Shown here one piece after another: positions 30,401-36,557 of a DNA stretch of 64,000 nt. The DNA lies in contig JAXDQU010000050.1 in assembly GCA_034667685.1 (NCBI GenBank), forward strand, positions 35,964 through 99,963. The letters run 5' to 3'. The stretch's first letter is position 1. The number at the start of each line of letters is the position of its first letter. The DNA is from Thermoplasmata archaeon. Lineage in GTDB: Archaea > Thermoplasmatota > SW-10-69-26 > JACQPN01 > JAJPHT01. The notes beneath the pieces were generated by a model, which saw only the letters and a program-made list of their open reading frames with translations, did no database searches and was not told where the DNA came from. Position numbers and translations under genes: made by a program.

Positions 30401-30881
30401 GGGACACCAGGGCGCGCGCCTGGGGCGAGACGTCCTGCCCCGCGCCGCCGGCGCGCGCGGCGTCGGCGAGCGCCCGCATCTGGTCCGGGGAGAACGTGGC
30501 GAATGCCGCGTCGCGCAGCCGCATCGCCTGGGCCTCGGCCGCGGCGAGGTCGCCCAGCGCCGCCGCGAGGGCGGGCTCGTGGAGCGCGAAGCTGTTCAAC
30601 GCGGCGCGCTCCGGCGTCGTGGGCGTCTTGCCCAGCGCCACGAAGTAGGCGTCCCAGCCGCCCAGGGGGGGCGTGAGGTTCCCCTCGCCCAGGAGGGCGG
30701 GGAGGGTGGTGGGAAGGGGCGGGCTGAGGTTCCCGTCCTGGATCGCGCCCGCGACCATCGCCCAGACGGCCGGCGGCAGGGGGGTCTGGGAGACCGGGGG
30801 CGCGGCCGACGCGGCGACGCCGAGGCTCGACGTCAAGAGGACGAGTACGATGAGAAGATTCCCGACGGCGCGGACCCTCAC
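21429..30881 (-). CDS. Giant surface protein, ~3,150 aa: Ala-rich helical N-terminus, ~26 hhhDxxGxDxY repeats, FN3/Ig-like domains, C-terminal anchor
   Basis: Start is GTG 30881, or TTG 30884/30896. Signal peptide; repeats such as LLVDLGGNDTY and AFVDAGGFDRY; FN3-like segments (VYLNWSAP, IEVTW, VVSWTT, VRLSWS); DxAGN Ig motifs; ends VPLF-hydrophobic-RRKRQ. Confidence 0.9.
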   Translation of the reverse strand: MRVRAVGNLLIVLVLLTSSLGVAASAAPPVSQTPLPPAVWAMVAGAIQDGNLSPPLPTTLPALLGEGNLTPPLGGWDAYFVALGKTPTTPERAALNSFALHEPALAAALGDLAAAEAQAMRLRDAAFATFSPDQMRALADAARAGGAGQDVSPQARALVSRVDLTLLQRAAAILDAAAARAQVQIPQALASDRASAAARSWPWDPQARDDPAAVLAALSHGAAPAAPRSLQAGLAALTGSAAPVPTLPANLDVALGTLLGALADAKTGAKGGDELAATAAVVLPALTRASYNLSLLPPGHIAALEGQPLVAPPGSSALDGLLADQLGASDAPLPNVTFVAALAMLHESLGQPWSADDAARATLAQDLLGPDLSAGLGSLIAAQARYQSDFAPGSPLSAAALRASQAAAPILARGGPLTTQDVATLDASSQAQQAWRANLSEDAALILHAAQALHQGTSKNAGPVPVYRDTDVVVLGTGDDTLTTADWPHAPMLLVDLGGNDTYDVPVAATNVSAADLTLGGSDPMTSVAVDLGGSDVYAAPGNRSLATATGVPGSPTLSFLLDQGGNDTYAEPGDGVAWARDGLAILLDAAGDDHFDVRDEGLGVANTTSISSVALAALVHLKGNVTYHASQGFARLEGTGGSPLTTAAFLEGFGDTTYQADCTNTAGSRACFATPRNGEGPNEQSPPTCVDLLGDQVPGQQQCGNVVYDRIGSPYTQGTAIFVDLEGDDTWPSTGHGQPYPSGDQPSVIPPSPAPPLPQFHEENVSDTSFRNIIVVANVVPSAASPDAVVAILGGAVSGAGNPSAGWPDLPSPLPQIPNLVPGGTGLPIAGAPNDHYLLDDWPWIKVGGPGTTRYDRQYLVTIDLGVSDADQYHNATAAPGVAIDVGGDDSYAPVAGASGSAESIAASGVPLARGASPLTAGLQNLPALLVDLGGNDRYTGNLRTEAFAAGSGSAILLDAAGNDQFIAGNLSQAYATGGSASLVKLTGAAVYKAPWQGVAAPEGSQILVSGGTPTVSSPNPAHAMFVDLSGATIYDRVGVATPPDALPSYQGAVTNRSTTGIDGWTNASSATFVDINGPDVFLVHGADGATYDVSRQKNDVFLSSADANGNPGGVATYLDINNPSPTADKNRDDIPDGAAVVVGSDPGSSSDEVYTGDTASPTGWLLDLPRLGVSVGSTASTLWTREGALQVDLGGSNTHLSRAGASSASFPVSLALDLGGGDVYAYNASTPLSGYTTNAVLGSDTSTLDGPLFVGGAQGAGVLGVGVLVNGGGGNVFSVYANATGGASVVGAAQGAGVLGVGILRVNGGGNRYEVQAGVEAPDVATASATTLSQGAALFGLGILDTSGAPAGDRFALSALSKGKSTTNSTAGQGFAMHGVGVLLEESGNNVFVASDHAQGATLGGGDVDQRGLLNEQSVEPALRAGASVGALLLSGSGADDLRADIMSQAYADAGLAILYKAEGPGTFTLTGPYRDVTTKEVSGGTSFTLTRPLHVALGQAAAVRGGFALLLSPHGDDRYVAAGQDAQAYGDGGTALLLDLSGADAYLATTRAQGYATDGEGWVAQAQGAGWPTAAALVDRRGNDDYELADDAPLAQGATSGPAAVAAGVSGTPPPVAAFVDAGGFDRYHGAHPLNQKVVNGASDGDRNDWSWQSGQGIGVDSDFPGLVMAQLLPVLQPVVGAQVRAEGANVTDAGVGSRNVTFAAWLGTAAGSATSLPVSAVDRVEFDVDHAPAGNGTLASTGEYTYLFDTAQRDPLGHLLFPDGLHEIEGYVYARTGTPEGGSSPAAAVDAEPFAASRSLPIDNAPRAAGVDLPAALSPALAPLRFRTWIDRDLETGACAACVGLPYLTPGPDLWTPVAQPDPWGAAAADTACNVPGCVPFVSAYSGAGNVYLNWSAPRQSFPPVVGYRLERVQDGIGTPLGYLDPRAPLRWVDVAPPGPNATYRVHALRIEGGVLAEAVGSAGKTDIRADLPRPVSGVRAEGTEGGIEVTWLAVPGATSYKITRTAPNGSTIQPGSTDAFLFDTTAEPDLPYTYAVIAQDAAGDAIASDAVSAQASPGENVTLQLVGPTVLTLLDRAPVGGNQILDVPLDLRGSPIPDGQYLLKLDEVDHAGHQNASQQVVTMDGTPPVTLTPLPLLVPDSFSTGGLLRIPFEARDAGSGAATTTAFEQIDGAWTHVTVPSWQGYVDVRQPGDGTPFKLLLLSRDYSGNVEGLRTPRPYAPDVVTDGFLDAIATRTLPTRVMDTVAPQVTPLTDIDVHVAPGTPIPIKVAAVDRGTGVARIVAQAGPDQVSLSNLGDGLWGGSLVPTGNAREQITLTAWDAAGNQAQPLKIGDVDVDGEPPVILAAALRFGADARTLAHPGDLGSLRVDALDNLSDPGSLTVLADVGNLSSMGAVSLRWNGASYVANEIPIDRATAAGVANYSVRVTDAAGNFATLALNATLSLARTSVSDPVVTTPRADTAVVSWTTNLTTWGRVLYGLSPQLGQQTAQDAGGASHAVNLTGLLPDSDYFARAVSKTQGGIETLSNVTAFHTPPALVVNASIPATNVLNRTRVDAVVARFDGAPVSGELQAVLAGPRGSPEVVGAGAFDHGAGTLVAQLGTFRDGDYNLTLIATDAEGETATSAPVPVRIDATPPQLLMRPRANVAPGAALGLDVEESGSGVDFANVSWTFADVPCAAMLVGNTLSCVVPSLPTGPAQVEIRVPDRAGNLGRIAFTLDVAALDASAIRASLHGPRDAPHVAPGGTATLSVDVPGQVRRVVANLSALGGAEARLHATGARAYGLDVPVPSDAQPGPIDITVLVEDLGGNQVTLHASGIVDATPAATTALDVTPLTYSRVSVRVATTVPTRSQVQLGQGAPSADAAWSTLHSMELSVPPGANFTAMLTLTDQAGRLVTLPVAGAPVPDLQPPAPVAGLRWQDFGDGNVRLSWSSGQDNVSGIAGYAVVRTLGDVRAPVRTVVETSLDDSIPPGVEATYQVAALDRAGNEGAPAAIVVRSTPLAHLSEGRVDPPLGGPGFFRFLVHVDADPGATPRVEVVVDGAPHALAPEPGCMRACNWSALVEMGPQTLAGQAHSYAFRATSGQASTALPATGALEGPTVLADAKAPSFAGLVGISRVPLFGAAGLGLVLAAAVTIYAIARRKRQ

Positions 30882-30931
30882 CAACCTCGCTCTCAAGAGG
30901 TGCGGAGTGGTTATTCTAGGCCATATGCGTA

Positions 30932-30948
30932 GTGGAGGAACCCTGTGA
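30932..30948 (-). promoter_or_regulatory. 17-bp motif copy (TCACAGGGTTCCTCCAC) upstream of the giant-gene operon
   Basis: 15/17 identical to the 31462 copy. Confidence 0.6.
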
Positions 30949-30962
30949 GGACTTTTGTCACT

Positions 30963-31415
30963 TTAGCGGGTGATGATGTACCCTTCCGTGGCCTTGGGCC
31001 CCAGGAGAATCCACCAGCCCCCATCGTCGCCCGGATGGAAGGGGATGTGGCTGCATCCGCTCAGCCAAGGGGTGGATAGGTCCGCGGGATCGGAGTCCGA
31101 GATCAGGCCGTCCCCGTTCCCGTCGATCGCGATCCGGTACTGGACGTCCGCGAAGACGCGGTCGGACATGCAGACGTTGAGCGCGTGGTGGTCGGCGTTC
31201 AGGAAGACCTGCCCCAGGCCGGCGCGGGCGTCCGAGGTCGCGGAGCACCCCACGTCGCGGACGGCCGGCGCGTGGACGGCCCCCACGGGCTGGACGTAGT
31301 AGGCGTGGACCTGGATGTCCTGGCACGGGGCGCCGACGGGGCTGGCCGTGGAGCCCGCGAAGGCGGGGACGAACGCGAGCGCGAGGAGAAGGGGGATGAA
31401 AAGACGCGAGAGCAC
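30963..31415 (-). CDS. Small secreted protein, 150 aa, 4 Cys, DGNGDG motif
   Basis: GTG with GGAGG SD; signal peptide (LFIPLLLALAFVPAFA). Confidence 0.8.
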   Translation of the reverse strand: MLSRLFIPLLLALAFVPAFAGSTASPVGAPCQDIQVHAYYVQPVGAVHAPAVRDVGCSATSDARAGLGQVFLNADHHALNVCMSDRVFADVQYRIAIDGNGDGLISDSDPADLSTPWLSGCSHIPFHPGDDGGWWILLGPKATEGYIITR

Positions 31416-31461
31416 GAGGCTGCCTCCGGGCGCCGGAATGCGGCAGGAGGCCCAGAACGTT

Positions 31462-31478
31462 GTGGAGGAAGGCTGTGA
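31462..31478 (-). promoter_or_regulatory. 17-bp motif copy (TCACAGCCTTCCTCCAC)
   Basis: Sits immediately after the wHTH stop codon and upstream of the 31415 gene. Confidence 0.6.
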
Positions 31479-32042
31479 CTACGCGTCGGTCTTTCCGCCT
31501 TCCGCCTCGGGGCGCCGCGAGTCCAGCGCCGCGCGGAGCTTCGGCGAGGCGCAGAGGTCGCGGTGGCGCGTGGGCGAGGACGACGTGACGAGCCCGGCCT
31601 CCATGAGGCGGCGCACGTGGTAGTAGACGACGCGGTGCGACTGCCCCAGCACGATCGAGATCCCCTGGATGGAGATGCCCGGCTCCGCGAGGATGACCTC
31701 GGCGACGGCGCGCGCCGTCTTGCCGTGGATCAGCGCATCGCCCTGCGCGCGCTCCCGCGCCTGCGGCGAGCCCGCGGGGTAGACGAGGCGGCGGCGGCCC
31801 ACGCGGGCGACCTCGATCGATCCGGCCTTCACCATCTTCGCCAGGTGGAAGTAGAGCGTGCCCCAGCCCAGCTGGGTCTGGTCAAGCAGGACGCCGACCG
31901 GAAGCCCCGGCGAGGCCTGGACGATCCGCAGGATGTTCTTCCGCTGCGGCGAATCGTCGTCATGATCCTCCGCCTTGCCGACTGACTTCGCGAACACGGC
32001 TAGGGTCGCGAAGAGGTGCGGTCCGCTCAGGGCCCGACGCAT
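31479..32042 (-). CDS. Double winged-HTH transcriptional regulator (COG3398-like), 187 aa
   Basis: ATG 32042 with GGAGG SD; two HTH units (RKNILRIVQASPG...GTLYFHLAKM and ILAEPGISIQGIS...VVYYHVRRLMEAGLV). Confidence 0.85.
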   Translation of the reverse strand: MRRALSGPHLFATLAVFAKSVGKAEDHDDDSPQRKNILRIVQASPGLPVGVLLDQTQLGWGTLYFHLAKMVKAGSIEVARVGRRRLVYPAGSPQARERAQGDALIHGKTARAVAEVILAEPGISIQGISIVLGQSHRVVYYHVRRLMEAGLVTSSSPTRHRDLCASPKLRAALDSRRPEAEGGKTDA

Positions 32043-32194
32043 AAGCCTCCCAAAGGCGCAGGCACGGGGTGGATAATAACAATTGTCTCCTGACATCGGG
32101 GGGGTTGCGCCCGGCACGCGGCGTGCGGGCCCCTGGGGGTACATGGGGCGGAGGGACGGGGCCCTGCCCGAAAGAAGAGGAGTGCTCTAGAGTT

Positions 32195-32608
32195 CTACGG
32201 GAGGCGGACGCCGACCATGACGCCGAACGCGCTGCTGCCGCAGCCGTCGAAGTGGACGGTCGGGGGCGGGGGGTTCAGGATCGGGTAGATGCAGAACCCA
32301 TCGACCTGGGCGGGCGCGCTCTCCATGCCGCTGGCGACGGCGGTCACCTGGAACGAGAGGTAGCCCGCGCCCAGGACCAGCGTCTCGGTGTTGGTGGTCG
32401 AGGCGATGAGGGTCCAGCCCGTCACGGTCAGGCCGTAGACGTTGTAGGATTCGGCCGCCGTCTCCGGGATCCAGCTCACCTCGTTCGCCACCGGGCTCAC
32501 CGACAGCGCCACCACGCCCTGCGGGGCCGGGGGCGCCGCGTCGGCTCCCACGAGCGGGACGAGGAGCAGGAGCAGGGCGCTGGCTGGGAAGAGACGGGGG
32601 AATCTCAT
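32195..32608 (-). CDS. Small secreted protein with an FN3-like domain, 137 aa
   Basis: Signal peptide; PPAPQGV...VSW...SYNVY...FQVTAV..GMES is a typical FN3 pattern; TATA-like TTGAAAT ~30 nt upstream. Confidence 0.8.
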   Translation of the reverse strand: MRFPRLFPASALLLLLVPLVGADAAPPAPQGVVALSVSPVANEVSWIPETAAESYNVYGLTVTGWTLIASTTNTETLVLGAGYLSFQVTAVASGMESAPAQVDGFCIYPILNPPPPTVHFDGCGSSAFGVMVGVRLP

Positions 32609-32672
32609 TGGGCGCGCACTCCCCAAGGACGATTTCAAGATTCTGGCAAATGTGCGAATCAATCTCTACATG

Positions 32673-32689
32673 TCACAGGATTCCTCTAG
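32673..32689 (+). promoter_or_regulatory. 17-bp motif copy (TCACAGGATTCCTCTAG) in a divergent promoter region
   Basis: 15/17 identical to the 4383 copy 28 kb away. Confidence 0.65.
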
Positions 32690-32787
32690 TGAAATCGCAC
32701 TCGTGTTCCTCGGGTCGGACGAACGGGTTGGAAAAAGGCAAGAATTCTCGACGAAAAGGCCATCTGGCAGTTTCGGCATCCTCCGCC

Positions 32788-34260
32788 GTGCGTCCCGGGC
32801 TGGCTTGGCTTCTCTCAGCAGCCATCCTGCTGGCGACCCCGCTCGCGACGGCCGTCGGCGTCCAGGGCACCGTCTCCGTCTCTTCGCTTTCGCTCTCCGC
32901 GGGCCACGTCACGCTCTCGCCCGCGGCCGCGTGGTTCCCCACCGACGGCTCCGACCTCGCGCTGAGCGCGGCGTCGGGCTCCGGGCTCCACGTCGAATTC
33001 TATGAAGAGAACTTCACCGAGGCCACGGCCCTGAACATCTCCGCCGCCTCCCCCCGCGTGGTCCCGCCGGGCTTCCACGAGTTCGACGTGGTCGACGGGA
33101 CGGTGACGATGGCGCCCGGCGTGAAGGGCGGCGTCGGCTTCTATCCCGGAACGCGGGGCCTCGCGCAGGTGGACGCCACCTCCGCGAACCTCGAGGCGCG
33201 CTCGAGCAGCCTCGTGGGCGACTCCCACACCGCGCAGCCGGGCGAAGACCGGGGCTTCATGGACTACGGCGTCCAGGTCTCCTATCCCCACGTCGCGCTG
33301 ACCTCGGTGGGCCTCTTCACCTACGAGGGCGACGGGGGCGTCAAGATCTACGGCCCCACGCTCATCGTCCACTCGGCGCACGGCGACACCGTCATCGAGA
33401 CCGGCTCGCGCGGGCGCCCCAGCGCCGGCGCGGGCGTCGAGACGCGCCGCTGGGTCTTCGTCACCTTCAGCCACGCGAGCTGGGAGCTCCAGGCGCTGCA
33501 CCCCTTCAACGTCCTCGCCCCGACGGCGGACGCGCGGTGGCAGGGCAGCGTCGACCTCGTCGAGCCCTCGGGGCAGCTCCACGGCGGGAGCGACGTCTAC
33601 GGGGCCGCGACGGGCGCCACGCAGGCCTTGCTCTCCGGCGACTTCTCGGCGCACATCGTGCCCTCGGCGGATTCGACGCCGCGCCTCGCGATGACGCTGA
33701 GCGGCGACATGGACGCGACCACGCTCCAGGCCGCCCACGTCAGCGCGCTGCCCGAGCGGACGGCCACGCTCACCTTCGCGCTGGGCGCCGCCACCGTCGT
33801 CGCGGCCGGCGCCGTGGGCTATGGCATCCACCGCAAGGTGCGGTCGCGCTATGATGAGCTGGACCCCGACGAGCTCTCGTCGCTGGCGAACCTGGCGGCG
33901 GAGGGCGGGCGCTTCGCGGAGGCGCTCCACTGGACGGACGCCGCGCTGCGCCAGGCGCCCGGAAGCGCGCGTCTGCACGAGGATCGCGCGTTCTTCCTGG
34001 CCGAGACGGGCGAGGTCGACCTGGCGATCGAGGCGTACTTCCGCGCCGGCGAGCTTGCCAAGCGCGGCGATCCTTACCTCGCGGCGGCGGTGCTGATGTT
34101 CGACACGGGCCGCGCCTCCTCCGAGGTCCTGCCCGTCCTGGCGCGCGCCCTGGAGCGCTCGCCCAGCCTGTGGCGCGACGTCGAGGAGCGCTTCGAGGCG
34201 CTGCGCGGGTTCCCCGAGCTTCGCGCGATGGTCATCCAGGCGCGCCGCCGCGAGCGCTAA
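32788..34260 (+). CDS. Single-pass membrane protein with an extracellular beta domain and cytoplasmic TPR-like repeats, ~490 aa
   Basis: Signal peptide (AWLLSAAILLATPLATA); TM helix (LTFALGAATVVAAGAVGYGI) then basic residues; TPR-like helices (GRFAEALHWTDAALRQAP, GEVDLAIEAYFRAGELA). Start uncertain. Confidence 0.8.
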   Translation: MRPGLAWLLSAAILLATPLATAVGVQGTVSVSSLSLSAGHVTLSPAAAWFPTDGSDLALSAASGSGLHVEFYEENFTEATALNISAASPRVVPPGFHEFDVVDGTVTMAPGVKGGVGFYPGTRGLAQVDATSANLEARSSSLVGDSHTAQPGEDRGFMDYGVQVSYPHVALTSVGLFTYEGDGGVKIYGPTLIVHSAHGDTVIETGSRGRPSAGAGVETRRWVFVTFSHASWELQALHPFNVLAPTADARWQGSVDLVEPSGQLHGGSDVYGAATGATQALLSGDFSAHIVPSADSTPRLAMTLSGDMDATTLQAAHVSALPERTATLTFALGAATVVAAGAVGYGIHRKVRSRYDELDPDELSSLANLAAEGGRFAEALHWTDAALRQAPGSARLHEDRAFFLAETGEVDLAIEAYFRAGELAKRGDPYLAAAVLMFDTGRASSEVLPVLARALERSPSLWRDVEERFEALRGFPELRAMVIQARRRER

Positions 34261-34271
34261 GACAAGACAAA

Positions 34272-34288
34272 ACACACTTTTCCTCCGC
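34272..34288 (+). promoter_or_regulatory. Degenerate 17-bp motif copy (ACACACTTTTCCTCCGC)
   Basis: 12/17 match to the 31462 copy; just upstream of the TATA-like GGATTAG. Confidence 0.4.
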
Positions 34289-34322
34289 AACGGATTAGTC
34301 GCCGACGCGACTCTCCAGCGGC

Positions 34323-35513
34323 GTGCTCCCCCCACGCCCCCTGACGCGCTTGACGATCGCCCTCGGCCTGCTTCTCCTCCTGGCGACGGCCGCGGCGCAG
34401 ACCACCGTCGTTCCCCTCACGATCAGCTCGGTCGACTCGGACGGTGGCGAGCCGCAGGTGTTCCTGCCCTCCGGCGGCGGCATCCTCATCGGCGACGGCA
34501 GCGGCCTCCACCGCTCGACCAACAACGGCACGACCTGGACCGACGTGACGCCCCACCTGCTCTTCAGCGGCGGCTGCGGCTTCCAGACGCCCGTGCCCAG
34601 CGCGTTCTGCGACGGCTGGGTCATGGCCCAGGACGCGGGCGGCGAGCTCTACGCCACCACGACCAACGGTCCCTCGATCAACATCATCACGAGCACCAAC
34701 AACGGCGCCTCGTGGAACGTCGCGGCGAACCTCGCCGCCGGCGCGGACGCCGTGGCGGACCGCCCCTGGCTCACGGCCACCACGGCGGGCCACGTCACCG
34801 TCATCTGGAACTCGAACGGCCAGCTCACGCCCTGCGCGGCGAGCACGGATGGCGCGCTCACGTTCGTCCGCTCCGCCGGCACGGCCGGCGTCATCGCGGG
34901 CAGCGTCGAGACCGACAGCACCGGCGCGCTCGTCTTCGCGGTGCCCGGCGTCGCCTACCACTGGCCCAACAACTGCGCCGCCCCCGGCCTCGCCCAGGGC
35001 GCGCCCCTCCCGGCGCACGGCTCCGGCGGCGCGCAGCTCCAGAGCGCCGTCGACTCGTCGGACCGCATCTACCTCCCGCAGCCCATGACCAACAGCTCGG
35101 CGATGCAGGTCGTCGGGATCAACGGCTGGGGCGGCTCGATGAAGACGATCAACGTGACCATCTCGGGCGTCGGCTCGATGACCATGCCCGCCGTCGCGGC
35201 GAGCGGCAACCAAGTCGCGGTGAGCTTCTACGGCTCCTCGTCCACCGGCGACCCGAGCAGCGTCCCCTCCAGCGCGACGTGGAACGTGTACCTCATCCGC
35301 ATCACGAACTTCTGGAACGCGTCGCCCACGATCACGACGACGAAGGTCACGACCTCGTCGGTCCACTCGGGCCCGATCTGCCTGGCGGGCATCAACTGCT
35401 CGAGCGGCCGTGAGCTGTGGGACTACCAGAGCGCCGCGATCGACTCGGCGGGCGCGGTCCACCTGGCGTGGACGCACGACCCCAGCGGCGTCTCGTACAC
35501 CAAGGTCCCGTAG
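34323..35513 (+). CDS. Secreted Asp-box (BNR/sialidase-like) beta-propeller protein
   Basis: Signal peptide; Asp-box motifs STNNGTTW, STNNGASW and STDGALTF. Confidence 0.8.
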   Translation: MLPPRPLTRLTIALGLLLLLATAAAQTTVVPLTISSVDSDGGEPQVFLPSGGGILIGDGSGLHRSTNNGTTWTDVTPHLLFSGGCGFQTPVPSAFCDGWVMAQDAGGELYATTTNGPSINIITSTNNGASWNVAANLAAGADAVADRPWLTATTAGHVTVIWNSNGQLTPCAASTDGALTFVRSAGTAGVIAGSVETDSTGALVFAVPGVAYHWPNNCAAPGLAQGAPLPAHGSGGAQLQSAVDSSDRIYLPQPMTNSSAMQVVGINGWGGSMKTINVTISGVGSMTMPAVAASGNQVAVSFYGSSSTGDPSSVPSSATWNVYLIRITNFWNASPTITTTKVTTSSVHSGPICLAGINCSSGRELWDYQSAAIDSAGAVHLAWTHDPSGVSYTKVP

Positions 35514-35624
35514 GCGCGCTCGCGCCACCCCCTGCCCGTCCTCCGGGGCGGGCCTCCTTCTCTTCTTCTTTGTTTGGCAAACGAAGTGCCACAGCCATCC
35601 CTCCCGGCGTCCTACGTGGGGCCG

Positions 35625-36557
35625 ATGAGCGCGAACGTCGTGCTGGAGACGCGCGGCCTCTCGAAGCGGTTCGGCGAGGCGACGGCGGTGGACGGGCTGA
35701 GCCTGCGGGTCCGCGAGGGCGAGGTCTACGGCTTCCTCGGACCCAACGGCGCGGGCAAGACCACGAGCATTCGGATGATGGCGGGGCTGCTGCGCCCCAG
35801 CGCGGGCGAGGTGCTCGTCCGCGGCGAGCCCGTGGGCGTCGACGCGCCCGAGGGACGGCGCCTGCTCGGCCTCTGCCCGCAGGAGAACGTCGTCTATCCT
35901 GAGCTTACGGCGCGCGAGAACCTCGTGTACGCGGCCTCGCTCTTCGGCGTGCCGCGCGGCGAGCGGCGCGCGCGGGCCGACGCGCTGCTGGAGCGGCTCG
36001 GCCTCGCGGAGAAGGCGGACGAGCGCGCCTCGGCCCTCTCGGGCGGCATGAAGCGCCGGCTCACGCTGGCCCTGGCGCTCGTGCACGATCCGCCCGTCGT
36101 GGTGCTCGACGAGCCGGAGGCGGGGCTCGATCCGCAGACGCGCGTCGCGGTGCGCGAGTTCGTGCGCAGCCTCGCGCCGCGGAAGACGGTGATCCTCACG
36201 TCGCACAACATGGACGAGGTGGAGCGCCTCGCCGACCGCGTCGCGATCCTCGACCACGGAAGGCTCGTGGAGGAGGGCACGCCCGCGCAGCTCAAGGCGA
36301 AGCTGGGCGACGCCGACGCGCTGGAGATCAAGCTGGAGCGCGGCGGCCCCGAGGTCGCGGAGGCGTTGCGCGCCTTCGGCGAGGTGAGCCACCAGCAGGA
36401 CCGCCTCGTGCTGCGCGGCCGCGACCTCGCGCGCCGGCTCGCGGGCGTCCTGGAGCAGGTGACGAAGACGGGCGGGAGCGTCCAGGACGTGCGCTACCGC
36501 GGCGCGACGCTCGAGGATGTCTTTATTGCGCTCACCGGAAGGGGGCTGCGCGAATGA
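35625..36557 (+). CDS. ABC-2 type exporter ATP-binding protein
   Basis: Walker A GPNGAGKT, signature LSGGM, Walker B VVVLDE, H-loop TSH. Confidence 0.95.
   Translation: MSANVVLETRGLSKRFGEATAVDGLSLRVREGEVYGFLGPNGAGKTTSIRMMAGLLRPSAGEVLVRGEPVGVDAPEGRRLLGLCPQENVVYPELTARENLVYAASLFGVPRGERRARADALLERLGLAEKADERASALSGGMKRRLTLALALVHDPPVVVLDEPEAGLDPQTRVAVREFVRSLAPRKTVILTSHNMDEVERLADRVAILDHGRLVEEGTPAQLKAKLGDADALEIKLERGGPEVAEALRAFGEVSHQQDRLVLRGRDLARRLAGVLEQVTKTGGSVQDVRYRGATLEDVFIALTGRGLRE

Noticed and set aside
35589-35605. CCACAGCCATCCCTCCC as another copy of the 17-bp motif
   Set aside because: It occupies the TATA position ~29 nt before the ABC ATPase start, so it is more simply a degenerate core promoter. 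It is also a caution that the motif may overlap BRE/TATA.
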